Counted from the whole stretch's first letter, positions 37,677 through 51,756 are shown. The stretch: 63,988 nt of DNA, filler included, from Octopus bimaculoides (GCF_001194135.2; 9 parts of 8 records of this genome joined end to end with filler, not necessarily neighbours in it), one strand, 5' to 3'. The notes: generated by a model from the sequence alone, not told the origin. Program-made: numbers and translations.

Positions 37677-38755
37677 TTAGATCGTGAAGTATGAAATTTG
37701 TAGCAAGGTATATGGTAAACTTTGACAGTTTCTCATTTTGCACCATTATTATATTTTGACAATCTTTATTTTTTGTTAGAAAGCTGACACATCTAATTCT
37801 TTATTCGAACTCATTTTGCGCTTTATAAAGTATTTGTAAATCGTTTTTGCTATTTTTGTTTAGAGATGGATAAGTCGGAAATTCGCACAGTTTTGAAATA
37901 TGAGTTCTTTCTTGGTAATACAGCATCACTGACAGCTCGGAATAATGATGGAGTATTTCATTCTAACAGCAGACAGTATCAAATTGGTTTGCAAAATTTC
38001 GTTCTGGTAACTTTGACTTTACAAATGAGCAACGCGGTCGACCAGAAACAAAGGTGGATAATGACGAACTGAAAGCCACCGTCGAGTCAGATCCATCTCA
38101 AAGTGCCCGTGAATTATTGTTGTTTGATGTTAGCAAGCAAACAATATTGACTCACCTAGTTCAAATCGGTAAAGTGAAAAAGTTGGATAAGTGGGTTCCC
38201 ATGAACTCAATGAAAAGCAAAAACATCAACGTTTGGAAGCCTGCATTATGCTACTTTCTCGTCACAAAAATGAATCATTTTTGAAGCGAATTGTAACACG
38301 TGATGAGAAATGCATCCAATACAACAACCGTAAACGTTCAGCACCATGGTTGGACAAAGGCGAGCCACCAAAACACAGTCCAAAAAGCAAAACTCATCAA
38401 AGAAGTTGATGTTGTGTGTTTGGTGGTCTGGCGCAGGTGTGGTCCATTATAATTTCATTAAACGTGGCTCATTAATCACGGCCGAAGTATTCTGCAGCCA
38501 AATGGACCAAATGATGCAGAAACTTACAAAAAAAAAACAGCCTAGATTAGTCAACAGATCCACACCTATTTTACTGCAAGACAGCGCCAGACCACACATC
38601 GCAAAAATGACATTGGTGAAACTACAGGAGTTGGAGTTGGAAGTTCACCATCATCCAACATACTCACCTGATCTTGTCCCCACTGACTACCACTTCTTCC
38701 AGAATTTGGATAACTTTTTGATAGGAAAAAAATTTAATTCCGACGGTGCTCTTAG
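37677..38755 (+). mobile_element. Mariner (DD34D) transposon, frameshifted and 3'-truncated
   Basis: Follows TA at 37675-37676. MDKSEIRTVLKYEF..KKLDKWVPHEL..IVTRDEK..ILLQDSARPH..HPTYSPDLVPTDYHFF (WVPHEL and YSPDL motifs, three catalytic Asp positions). Confidence 0.93.
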
Positions 38756-40388
38756 AATAGCTCTTCCCGCTTAGTGGATTAACCTGCTAAGCGGAGGGTT
38801 CCTTTCTCCCTTCAGCCAGCATAAAGGCAAGACGAAACTACTGTCTCTCTCCGTTCAGCTTCGTCACATCACAGCGTTCAATATCTCATCGCGTTCGGCC
38901 CAATGATGAAGGAAAATGTTCTCTATGTGGCTTGTGTGTTTTCTGTACTCTGGTTATTATTATTTTCTTGTCTACGTTTTGTTTGCAATGTCCTGTACCC
39001 AGATATGCACGTATATATACAGGTAGACGTANNNNNNNNNNCGAACGCCTGCGTCATCCCTGTTGTAAGTAGTTTTTTCAACTTTATATTTTCTGACGCG
39101 ACTCTATTATCTCTTTCTCTATCACTTTCCCCCCTCTCGTTCTTCCTCTGTTACTACTATATTTCTCTCTTCCTCTCGTTGCTCACCTATTCTTCTACTT
39201 CCTCCCCTTGTTTGTCCCTCTACCACTCTCTCATTCTTACCCCTCCCTGGTCACATGCTTCCGGTCACTAATCCTTTTCTTCCTTAGCTATCGCCGAGCA
39301 AACACGCGAACTTACTTCGTCCCGGCTTTCAGTTCGTGCCTCACAGCGTTCATATACACATAATTTTTCACGTCTGGCCGCATAGCCTTTTCCGTTTGTT
39401 TTCCTGTCTTGTTTTTAGTCCGCCACTACATTCCTCCATGGCACAGGTTTAATTTGTGTATACAGATTTAATTTGCGGTCCAAGGGAAGAGCCATTTTAA
39501 CGATGCGTTCTGCCCAACTCTTCGAAACGCCGGTGTTAAAATGGGGGTAGCTGATGAAGGAAAATGTTCTTGGCAACTCGGGAAGCCGCCCGGGGCGCCA
39601 AGGAGAGCGTGATAAAGACAAGTAAATTTCCACAACCTTCCGCTCGTACCCACCGAAGCTCAGCTTGCTCGAGGCGCCAGCAACCCTGGGGCCGGCCCTG
39701 TGTATATATAGAATATAAAGGTAGTCAGAAGGTATGAGATGAATATGTTTATTTCACCAGTTGAAATCCATAGTGTAACGGCCGTTTCGCAACCAAAACC
39801 ATGCGAAAATGATTTATGTTAGTGTATGATGATAGAAGGCTAGCTTATCAGATATTGGTTTACTTTGCATTAATTTGCTATGTGTTTTATAGCCTGGTTT
39901 GCGAAAGGAGCTTTTTTGTGATCACCAACGCCGCTGCTGCAGTCACCAGTGCCGGTCATCACTTCAGCTTCATACACTACATCCACTGGACACTCATTAA
40001 CACTGCATGAGCAGCCTGCCTCCACTCGTAGTTTAGCGGTGATTACTAAAATCTTTTTAACGCGAGGTATACAAATGAATGAGACTCTTTAAGTTGTGTC
40101 TGTTAAACAAACATCACTATCTGTGTGAAGTATTTGGCCACTAATCTAAAGAAAACCCTTCTCTCGCAAGACTTAATGTTGAGTGAAAAGAGTTAGAGAG
40201 GTTACGTACCTCCGGTCATTTGAGACTGAGTCGCCTATACAGCTAAACGCCTTGTAGGTGCGGAACCAATGGTCACTCTCTGACCAACCATAACAAATAA
40301 CTTCTAAATACTACTGCTCTAATGTTTTAGAGTGTGCATTTTTCTGGATATATGAACTGCTTATTGACCAATTTACATACATACATAC

Positions 40389-40430
<42 letters not shown>

Positions 40431-41094
40431 GTATATATATCATATATATATATATNNNNNNNNNNNNNNNNNNNNNNNNNNNNNNNNNNNNNNNNNNNNN
40501 NNNNNNNNNNNNNNNNNNNNNNNNNNNNNNNNNNNNNNNNNNNNNNNNNNNNNNNNNNNNNNNNNNNNNNNNNNNNNNNNNNNNNNNNNNNNNNNNNNNN
40601 NNNNNNNNNNNNNNNNNNNNNNNNNNNNNNNNNNNNNNNNNNNNNNNNNNNNNNNNNNNNNNNNNNNNNNNNNNNNNNNNNNNNNNNNTATATATATTAA
40701 AATTCAGAAAATGGAGAAGGAGCAATAATATAATTTATTAACTGCAAAAATTCAACATGTTCTCTAACAGCTGCCTTGATTTTGCCCAAATAATTAAATT
40801 CCGGTAATTAAAACAGGAATATGCATATGTACATGTAACATGTACGTGTATAAGTATATAGAAAAGTGTGTTACATATAATTCGTCTTTTTTGTCTTTTA
40901 GCTATGTAGTAATGCCTAAGTATATGTGTAGATACATGAATGCGTATGTGCGTATGCGAATATATATGCATATATGCACATATAAAAATTTTTTTCATAC
41001 GAGCATACTTTAAACATGCATATTTCTACCCACTGTTTGAGTACGTTAATTCATGCGTGTATATGTGTATGTATTTTTACATATATGCATATAT

Positions 41095-41292
41095 TCTACT
41101 CTAGGCACAAGGCCCGAAATTTGCGGAGTGGGGGTCAGTCGATAATATATGCAACTAGTACTTAATTTATCGACCCCGAAAGGATAAAAGGCAAAGTCGA
41201 CTTCAGCAGAATTTGAACTCAGAACGTAAAGACAGATGAAATACCGCTAAGCATTTCACCCGGCGTGCTAACGTTTCTGCCAGCCCACCGCC
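41095..41292 (-). mobile_element. SINE family A, full-length copy with ~15-bp TSD
   Basis: CATATATGCATATAT at 41080-41094 and 41295-41309. Confidence 0.9.
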
Positions 41293-41563
41293 TTCATATA
41301 TGCATATATCGTTACTTACATGTATATAATATTACCTAGAAGTGTATATCTTGAAATTGTATGTGTGCATATATGTGTGTATATACATACATATATATAT
41401 ATCTGTGTGTGTGTGTATGCATATATATAAATTATATATATATATATATATATACATATATANNNNNNNNNNNNNNNNNNNNNNNNNNNNNNNNNNNNNN
41501 NNNNNNTTAATTAATTAANNNNNNNNNNNNNNNNNNNNNNNNNNNNNNNNNNNNNNNNNNNNA

Positions 41564-41675
41564 TATGGTACCCTAGGCATAACACCTACATGAACTTCTA
41601 ACTTGTTGTCTCTTGAGGTCTCTGGGTGAGACTTGGATCCAACTTGTACAAATGCAAAACAAAAGTCAAACATAA

Positions 41676-41753
<78 letters not shown>
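41564..41753 (+). mobile_element. Probable LINE 3' UTR ending in (AAT)n, possibly R4/Dong
   Basis: CCCTAGGCATAACACC..GAGGTCTCTGGGTGAGACTTGG..AAAAGTCAAACAT runs straight into (AAT)n. The clade assignment is from memory of octopus repeats only. Confidence 0.4.
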
Positions 41754-41755
<2 letters not shown>

Positions 41756-43238
41756 GTTTTAAACAGAGAAACAAGTCGCAAAGGAAGAGAAATTAAATTA
41801 TCTTCAGACCTTAAGTGAAAATTAAATTTATCGAAAACGGGAGGAGATAAAGCAGACTTAGAATCATTCGACTGTGAACTCAAAAGGTAAACGGCCAGAA
41901 AAAAAAAGCGTATGACATTTATTCCAACTCTTCAATGCCCCTAACAATATTCGCTGGAATCGAGTAAATAATAATTCTTGATACTGTTATATGATTTCTT
42001 TTCATGCAAAGTATAAAGCAAAAATATAACTTATGAATATGATTATTATCATTATTATTATTGTTATTGTTGTTGTTGATGTTGTTGTTACTAACAGATT
42101 AATAATAATTATATAGATAGTACAATACCGGAAAAGGAATGCAGTAGTTCCGCCGAGGCCCATGAAATGTATAGTTTTTCAAGCGAACAGGAATGAAGAT
42201 ATATGGAGTACACGCTGATACCTCTGCTACTGAGAATTTTGTAACTTTTGTGCATTTCAACAAAGATGCAAACGGTTAAAGTGAGTTTATACTTGGCTAA
42301 TTGATCTTAGCTCAAACTGATTACATTTAATATCTGAATGATTTAAGTAATCTGCTCTGATTCACTGGCTAAACAAGATTGTTCAGTGAAGCATAACGAC
42401 CTTTATAGATTCTCAATAAGTAATTGTTGTGTTCTCATTATTAAATCAAGCTATCCGTATACACTGTTAGATAGCTGTCTTTTGCTTTCAAATGATATAT
42501 CTCTCTAATTCATTCTTTTCTCTCAGTACTTGCACATCATCTTTCCCCCCTATCTCTAGTTCGCAGAATTAGTTTATTTTATCGATATATTTTCTAAGCT
42601 TTGTGCATGTTCCTACGTGAATCATATTGATTGAACAGCTTTAAAATAATCGTAGAAAGGAAACAACGAAACACATGCTACTACAATAGCTATATTATAT
42701 TTGATATAAAACTTATGTCTGTAACATAATTCTTAGTGCATGTGCATTCTAATAACAGCTTAATCCTTATTTGATTGTGCAATACAAAATTACATACATG
42801 GTTAAATTAAACTTCATGACATGCGTAGAATGGATTAAAATAATTTAATCGTTAGCTTATTAAGAAAATAAATGAATGTTTAAACGAGAATATTGCTACA
42901 AGATATTACATTTAACACATCGTACTTTCTCTCCTTCTCTCTCATGCACATACTCACACGTGTATATGTTTTAGCATGAATTTATGTGAGCATTTCACGT
43001 GGTTGTATGCGTTATGCTGTGTGGTCGGGTGTGAGAATGTCTATGCTTATTGGCTTATTGTGCGCATTATCAACAGAAAGGGAAAATTAAATATGTGATG
43101 ATGACGGAAAGAAGTTTTAATTTCATAGTCTTGTAGGAGTTGGAAATCTCTCATTGAATTTTTTTGTTTACTACCTGTAAGATATATATTAGCTATATAC
43201 AAACACGCGCGCACAGAAATGCTTTTTATTCTCTTTCA

Positions 43239-43274
<36 letters not shown>

Positions 43275-43287
43275 CTATATGTCTCTC

Positions 43288-43639
43288 TTTAGTCGAATAA
43301 ATCAACCCTAGTACTTATTCATTGTTCGCCTTGTACGTATTGTATCGATTACTTTTTCCGTAACCGCTAAATTACGAGGACATAACTTACCAACAACGAT
43401 TGTCAGGGGATAAACAACAACAAAAAGACACAACTATATAAATGTATACATTCATAAATATATATATATATATTCGATGGGCATCTTTCAGTTTCCGTCT
43501 ACCAAATCCACTCACAAGGACTTGGTCGGGTCAAGGCTATAGTAGAAGACAATTATCCAGTTATCCAACGTGTCACGCAGTGGGGTTGAACCCGGAACCA
43601 TGTGGTTGGGAAGAAAGATTGTTACCACACAGCTACGCC
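43288..43639 (-). mobile_element. SINE family C with tRNA-derived head
   Basis: Minus-strand head GGCGTAGCTGTGTGGTAAC..GGTTCCGGGTTCAACCCC; body CTTCTACTATAGCC..GATTTGGTAGACGGAAACTG. Confidence 0.85.
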
Positions 43640-43891
43640 TGCAGCAACACACATGCACACATTATTATATTCATATACACACACATGAACGTCTCTCGCT
43701 CAATCTTCTTTCTGTCTATTTCGCCCTCTCTCCATTTCTCCACACGCACATATATACATACACATACATCCATCAACCCATACATACATACATACATACA
43801 TACATGCATACATACATACATGCATACATACATGCATACATACATACATACATACATACATACATGCATACACCTACACACACACACACAG

Positions 43892-43927
<36 letters not shown>

Positions 43928-43949
43928 CACTCATAATGAAATTTATAGA

Positions 43950-45800
43950 AAAGCAAAAGACGAAGACAGGTGTATGAACAACAGGTAAGTGTATGAGTTT
44001 AACGCTGGTGTAAATGAAAATGTCTTTCACGTTACGAGTCTACGCACTTCAAGAGAATGACTAAAACATGTAGATTCCAGCGGTGCAGTATGGCGATTGT
44101 TTATACAAAAAAAAATCTTGGAAAGAAAGAAGATAATAGTAAAAAACGAGGTTGACATAATGGGAGAAAATAAAGTACTGGTTATTCCCCAAAAAGGTGC
44201 GCGTGCGTAGTGCCTATGTTTGAATAGGGTCTAGTCACTCTGACGTGCGTGTGCGTGTGTAAGTGTGTGCGGCGGTAACGTGTGTGTGTTGTGTAGGAGT
44301 TGATGTGTGCTTTCTAACGTGATATGTACACGTGTGTGTGTATCTAGATCAGACATTGTGCATGTGTATGGTGTATATATATATATATAGGAGAAATTTA
44401 TCTTTCTCTATGTATGTTGTGTGTGTTAATGCGTGTTGCGTGTGTATGTATATATAGCCTCTGTTCAGGTATTATGTGCTTATGTAGGTGTGGGAGTAAA
44501 TAATACCTGTGTTCAGGTATTATTTGTCTGTGTGGGTGTGGGAGTGTGCATGATAGTTTATGGTGTGCGTACAGAGTTAAACAGCGTTCGTGGTTGCTCA
44601 TAGTGTTTGTGGTTGCTCATAGTATGTGTGGTGACGCTATTGAAGATTGTGTATGGGTGTGTGGATGATGGTGTGTAGTGTGGATGCTGGGAAATGGTCA
44701 GTGCTATTATGCGTAGAATGCTGACGGGTGGTATCAATGAAGAGAGGCGGTAAAGTAGGTGTCATAAGAAAAGAGAAGGTGAGTTGAGACCATGGGCGGC
44801 GAAATTGAGTATAGAGAGAAGATTAGTTCCCGTTCCCGGTGAGTTCGGTATTCCGGATGGCCCCTGTGCCAGGACAGTCCGAACACAGATGTAACGAATG
44901 ACCGGTAGAGCGGAAGTGGCACGTGTTCGGGGTTTTCATTACCGAGTCTGATGTCTCGGAGAAAATCCGCAAACTCGTCGGCCAAGCGGCGTCCCATTTG
45001 ACTGATGTACTGGGAAGGGCAGAAAGAGAGCGGGAGATGCAAGAAATGACGTTACTAGAAGTGCAGATAAAGAAGTCCGTAATGTGATACGGACGATGAA
45101 GGATGCCTTTGAGGATGGTGGTGTTGGAGAAGTAGGGGTAGGTGCGACAGCGTGGGCGTGTATAGGGGAACGAGCCAGGCTGTGGGTGTGGAGTTTACGA
45201 AAGCATTTTTGACCAGGAAGTCACAGAGGTTATGGGCTCGTTTGAAGGAGGGAAGGGGTAGGTCAGGGAAGATGTACAAGGTGGAGGGATAAGACTGCAG
45301 TAAGCGGAAGGCTCAGACAAAGATGCATTGGAGAGGCATTAGGTTAGGGGAAACAGAAAACAGGCAACGGGAGAAAGAGTAGAGGCACGATCCACGGATC
45401 ATGACCTGGCAAGTGTAGTGTGGCTAGTGGTAAGGGGATATCCACGTAGGATGATGTGGTGAGTCATAAGTTGAGACTGAGTATCAAAGTCATGGTTGTC
45501 AATGCAGAGCCTGCGCAGACGAAGGAAGTTGGATTAGGGGATGGAGGGCTTGGTGTAGGTAGTGTGGGAAGAGCAGTATTTGAGTTAGGAGTGTGAGTTA
45601 GTGTGTTTGTATTGGGTGGAATTAGTGAAAGCGGAGTGGTGTATTTTGAGAGAAATGTCGAGAAAATTGACGGAAGAGTTAGAGTTAGTGCAAGAGAATT
45701 CGAGGGCAAGATGGAGAAAAGAGAAGAAGACGTGCAGTTGTTCGCGGGAGAGTGACGTAGTGCCGATACAGTCATTGATATAACTACCATAGAGTTCGGT
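43950..45800 (-). mobile_element. Penelope-like retroelement 3' part: RT thumb and GIY-YIG endonuclease plus pseudo-LTR, decayed
   Basis: Across frameshifts: PLPSFKRAHNLCDFLVK..HITDFFICTSSNVISCIS..QMGRRLADEFADFLRDIRLG..HFRSTGHS..RERELIFSL..AHGLNSP; degenerate hammerhead at 44023-44058. Confidence 0.85.
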
Positions 45801-47029
45801 TGTGGGACCAGTGAACTGTAAGACTATTTGGGTCTCAACATACTTCCGAGAAAAGGAAAATTGTAATGTTCTACATTTTGTTTCCTTTAGTATGTTCTGT
45901 GATTCAACATGTANNNNNNNNNNNNNNNNNNNNNNNNNNNNNNNNNNNNNNNNNNNNNNNNNNNNNNNNNNNNNNNNNNNNNNNNNNNNNNNNNNNNNNN
46001 NNNNNNNNNNNNNNNNNNNNNNNNNNNNNNNNNNNNNNNNNNNNNNNNNNNNNNNNNNNNNNNNNNNNNNNNNNNNNNNNNNNNNNNNNNNNNNNNNNNN
46101 NNNNNNNNNNNNNNNNNNNNNNNNNNNNNNNNNNNNNNNNNNNNNNNNNNNNNNNNNNNNNNNNNNNNNNNNNNNNNNNNNNNNNNNNNNNNNNNNNNNN
46201 NNNNNNNNNNNNNNNNNNNNNNNNNNNNNNNNNNNNNNNNNNNNNNNNNNNNNNNNNNNNNNNNNNNNNNNNNNNNNNNNNNNNNNNNNNNNNNNNNNNN
46301 NNNNNNNNNNNNNNNNNNNNNNNNNNNNNNNNNNNNNNNNNNNNNNNNNNNNNNNNNNNNNNNNNNNNNNNNNNNNNNNNNNNNNNNNNNNNNNNNNNNN
46401 NNNNNNNNNNNNNNNNNNNNNNNNNNNNNNNNNNNNNNNNNNNNNNNNNNNNNNNNNNNNNNNNNNNNNNNNNNNNNNNNNNNNNNNNNNNNNNNNNNNN
46501 NNNNNNNNNNNNNNNNNNNNNNNNNNNNNNNNNNNNNNNNNNNNNNNNNNNNNNNNNNNNNNNNNNNNNNNNNNNNNNNNNNNNNNNNNNNNNNNNNNNN
46601 NNNNNNNNNNNNNNNNNNNNNNNNNNNNNNNNNNNNNNNNNNNNNNNNNNTATATATATAACCTACCGATTCGGAAGGAAATCCCAATAGAATTATCAGG
46701 CTTTAAAGATAGGGGTTACTGAGTTAGATTCGTTTGACTAATTTACTTCAAGGTGGTGCCCCAGCATGACCGCAGCATACTGATTGAAACATGCAAAGGA
46801 TAAAATATAAATACATACGTGAATATATGGATAGACATATACGTACCCACATATAGATACATACAGTGAAACATCATGTGACCATGTAATCACGTGACCG
46901 ACCAGACAATCATACTTCCAGATGTTGTTGCACATTGCTGATCACAATGAGCGTGCAACGTTTTGGCTCTCGAATGATGCCAACATATTGCTACGCGAAC
47001 AAGCATGCATTCGTTCTTGATTGAAAGAG

Positions 47030-47150
47030 GGACTGGAGCAACTTGAAATGAAGTGATTTGCTCAAGAACACAATGCACCACCCGGTCCACGAATCGAACC
47101 CACCATATAACGATCGTGAGTGCAAAAGCCTAATTAGTAGGCTATACATC
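47030..47150 (-). mobile_element. SINE family B, 5' fragment
   Basis: GACTGGAGCAACTTGAAATGAAGTGATTTGCTCAAGAACACAA..GAATCGAACC. Confidence 0.75.
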
Positions 47151-47191
47151 TTCACATGCAGACACACACACGTACATAGACACACATATGT

Positions 47192-47224
<33 letters not shown>

Positions 47225-47380
47225 TACACACACACACATGCGTGTACATATGCCATACAGTGTTTATTTTATGATAATACGCTAAACTGAAATTGCAGCC
47301 TCTATGCATAATTTCAATATCTTTTAAACTATCGCCACCTAGCATCAGAAATATCCTACCGATTCGAATAATCCCAGAGA

Positions 47381-47433
<53 letters not shown>

Positions 47434-50400
47434 AATATCACGTAAACACGACAAACGACACTATCTACTAGCGAACATAACTACAGAAGGAAATCTAATT
47501 TAACAAAAAGGGGGGAATTTCCCCATCAGCTACTTAACGGATATCATCGGATTTCGACACCTTAGGCACGATCACTACTTCCGTTAGTGTCAAATAGCCT
47601 TAGAAAAGAATCAAACGGTGTTTGGGAATATACAATCCAAATACTTGTACCCGATCCACAAATCAATTCTCGAAACATCAACATACACGTTAAAAGTAAG
47701 CATACAAATAATGATAATTGAACTAAAATGTTGCATGATAAAGAATATGTCGTAACGATCGTTATGTGCCTGCAGAATTTATCTCGCACTAGCAGCGCTA
47801 CTCTGAGGCACTGCTAGGTCAGGGATTTTCTTGAAAATGTATTTCGTCACCATATACGATGGAAGTTAAAATACACATCGATAATAATTTTATAATATAT
47901 TGAAATAACTACTTATTGAATATAACAATAAAACAGACTCCATCGAAAAAACTATATTCAATGAGTTATATCCGTTATCTTACAATTATAAACAATACGG
48001 TCACGGAGCAATTATTTTCACGGTCCCTCTACATATGATAGCTTTTCAGCCTCCGAAAACGCAAATACAAATATGACTGACTAACAAAAATTAGAATTAA
48101 AACAATTTGACAACATGTAGCACACTATTTCAACAACCCCCATTATCAAGTAGCAGGAGTCCAAGAGGGTCCAACTAAGGTATTCTAAAACTACTGCATC
48201 TTTACATTTTTTTTTATAAAGATATATTTTAACGAAAGCTTCAACGTGCTTTCAATCCATTGTCCTTTCAAGTTACCTTTCACCAACCTTATCGTATCTA
48301 GTAATGTTGCAGACAGTTTTGTGGTTCTCCCAACTATTTGACCATATCGGATTCAATTCACTGTTTGAGGTCAAAATCTTTGCAAAACAGTTTTTCAAAT
48401 GTAATTAAATATGGCTTTGTTTCCATTATAATATTTCTTCTTTAGTTATGTCTGTGTAGTTTCCGATTTCATATCCCTGCGTGGTCAGTGATGTTATACT
48501 TCTAAGTCGATTAAACAAATATTAGTGGTGTGCTGCGCAAACTGTCTTTTATATCGATTACATTCCACTTTTAGACAAATTGTGACATTATGCCAAAGTT
48601 TCAAATCGCATTGCAGTAGGTGATTACTTTTCGCTGGCGCCGAGGGGAAACTGCCCGAAAAATTAATGAGCAAATCGCTTTCAATTATTTGTGAAAATCA
48701 CTTCACTTATTTTACGCTGCCTACAGATATTTGAAAATGTTAAGAGGCGTGGATAGAATAAACTAAATTAAACAACGATGCAAGCATCCTATTACTAGCT
48801 CATTACAGAAAAACTGTTAGTGTCTATTTGTCGTTCAGAGCAATTTATTATACCATGTGTCATGGGTACCTAGGCTTCTGTACCAAAACCCTACAGAATA
48901 TTAGTGATAATATAACAATCACAGAAAGTCGTCTAGCTATTACAGTTCCATTTAACTTTTTTTTTATATGCCTATACAAGTGAATTGCAGGGTCACACGG
49001 AGTGCAAGAAACAGCCGCCAATGTAGTGCTTCACAGGATGTATTACTGTCTTTGATAAACGAACGGCATATATAGTCCTACATATTCCTAAAGAGACTGC
49101 ATAATTACAGTAGAAAAGCGTTTTATTAAAGGCCTTATTGCATGGGACTGAATTGAAGCTAAACGAAAGCAACAAAAACAAAATAAGTCTCAAATACATA
49201 TTTTTTATATGGTTATTGCTGATGACTCTCCACAGATAGTCTCTCAACAACTCTACAAACAAGGGTTTTACTAACGTAACCGCTCTTTTATTGTGTTTTT
49301 TATATAACGTATGCATATGCAGTGTGTGTATGAGTTAATATATTCAATTAGACTCTGGAGAACAATCAATGAAATGTTGTCCATAACGTGCTATATTTCA
49401 TATTTTTGTTCTTTTACCTTTCTATTTTTCGTTTATTGATTTATTATCAGTATTATTTATAATTTATTTATTGCTTCATCTTCGTCCATTTCTAGAGATG
49501 ACATGTACAGACCTGCCATCTTTGGTTACGTGTATAGACCTGATATCTCTCCTCCAATACAGTTTATAAAGCTCCATGTTTTCGGCTTGATTATATTATT
49601 AGTTTCCTTCTTGCCGCCAGGAAAGACATTTTATCTGATACATAAACCATGCCAATCAGAGTAAACATATTTTGGTTTTCTGTTTTTGTTTCCTTTTTCT
49701 TCTTTTAATGTTATTAATATTTCTTTATATAATCAATATATATCTTTGATTCCCTATTCGAAATGTAACATTCAGTTTTCTCTCATCAACGCTGGGTCAA
49801 TGAAAAATGACATGGGAGAAGAGTATTTTTTATGTAATTTATTACTATTGGTAGGGCTTTTGGAGATACTAACATTATGAGAATCATCTAATACCAGGTA
49901 TCATAAAGTCCTATGATTTGCCAAACTGGGATTTTCTTTATAACCTAGAAACTTCGACCGCATACCGTTGTGATTAATAGCTACCATGATACCCAGGTTA
50001 TGGTACGTAATACAGTTATACGTTTAACTTATTCATCTGTCATGTAATCACATCTGCAACTAGAGTTGTGTAATATATTTTTACAGAGTAAGTTAGTCAG
50101 TATTACTTTCGTTAATAATAGTCGTACAATCAATGATTGTTTTAGCCATAGAAGCACCACAATACTAGTGAAAATACTAAGAATGAAATACATTATTAGA
50201 TTTTGATTCGGGTAGTGTATGGCGGAAGAAAGCATCAGAACACATATATGCAAGAAGTGAATACCTTTGGGCATAATTCCATACATACAAATGTAAGCGT
50301 TTTCTATGTGTGTCATACATGCATGACATTAATCTAGATGTTGTTTAGTTCAAATATAATTGCTTGTAGGAAACATGCGGATATACACATAGATTCACAC

Positions 50401-50615
50401 AACAAGGATCAGTAAAGGGTAGAAATGTTCTTCATAATAATGTTTCTCTTATATTAGGAGTATCAGATCATAGTTATACGCGATGTGCATCTATACTTCG
50501 ACATACATTGGCTGCAACTTAGTAAAATTAACTTCATTTGAGTAAGCGGTTTATATTCTGCGCAGAGAATAATTTCAACCGATTAAGTTAATTGTATCAC
50601 CATTTTTTGAGGTTT

Positions 50616-50940
50616 GAATATTACCCTTTGAACGGCACACCGAGAAATTAATGTTTTGTAACTAAACACTTTCAAACTTCGGACATAAGCACTGCCGGAA
50701 GTTGTTGTTGACAAACAACGGCAGTAATTTTATTCAGCTGAATACATGTCATTGATTGGTTGAAATTACCGAAATACGACAATTTTAACACGAAATAACT
50801 TTGAAAATATAAACTTTTCTCAACAGCACTAAGAGTAAAAGATGTTTTATATGACACATTCTACCACTGTCCGAAGTTTGAAAGTGTTTAGTTACAAATC
50901 ATTAATTTCTCGATGTGCCGTTCAAAGGGACAATATTCTC
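50616..50940. mobile_element. MITE related to 1687-2559
   Basis: ~65-bp TIRs (GAATATT.CCCTTTGAACGGCACA..AAACACTTTCAAACTTCGGA); shares GTTGTTGTTGACAAACAACGGCA and GATTGGTTGAAATTACCGAAATACGACAATTTT with the first element; AGGTTT at 50610-50615 and 50941-50946. Confidence 0.85.
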
Positions 50941-51299
50941 AGGTTTTAAAGCAAAATATTTAAGTGCCTAATGCGAAACTTTTGTGTGGTAGACGAGGCT
51001 GAACGGATTGTGGAAAAAACTCTTTCCGCTTCAGTCGAGTGCACATCGATTTTTTTCAAATACTTAGGAAGTAAGTTCTCTTAAAGTTCTTGAACAAAAT
51101 TGTTAGAGTGATTGTTCCTAGGATGAGCATGCGCCTTTAAATTGGAGAACAGCAGTTGGGTGAGGGCTCATAACTTTGGAGTTCAGAGTAATCCTGGATC
51201 CGTGGGGTTTCTTCATTGGCCCACTCTGAAGTTTTCCTCTGTATACATAGGACTGCATCATTCAGTTTACCACACACTTTGTACACTCTTTTACTCTTT

Positions 51300-51611
51300 T
51301 ACTCTTTTTTCTTGTTTCAGTCATTTGACTGTGGCCATGCTGGAGCACCGCCTTTAGTCGAGCAAACCGGCCCCAGGACTTATTCTTTGTAAGCCTCGTA
51401 CTTATTTTATCGATATCTTTAGCCGAACCGCTAATGTTACGGGGACGTAAACACACCAGCATCGGTTGTCAAGTGATGTTGGTGGGACAAACACAGACAC
51501 ACAAACATATACACATACATACATATATATATATATACATATATACGACGGGCTTCTTTCAGTTTCCGTCTACCAAATCCACTCACAAGGCTTTGGTCGG
51601 CCCGAGGCTAT
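51300..51611 (-). mobile_element. SINE family C, low-divergence copy cut by a gap
   Basis: Complete tail and internal (TA/CA)n, ending at GGCCCGAGGCTAT. Confidence 0.88.
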
Positions 51612-51711
51612 NNNNNNNNNNNNNNNNNNNNNNNNNNNNNNNNNNNNNNNNNNNNTTAATTAATTAANNNNNNNNNNNNNNNNNNNNNNNNNNNNNNNNN
51701 NNNNNNNNNNN

Positions 51712-51756
<45 letters not shown>

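Noticed and set aside
42184-42280. Possible exon ending at a strong GTGAGT donor
   Set aside because: All three frames hit a stop before the donor.
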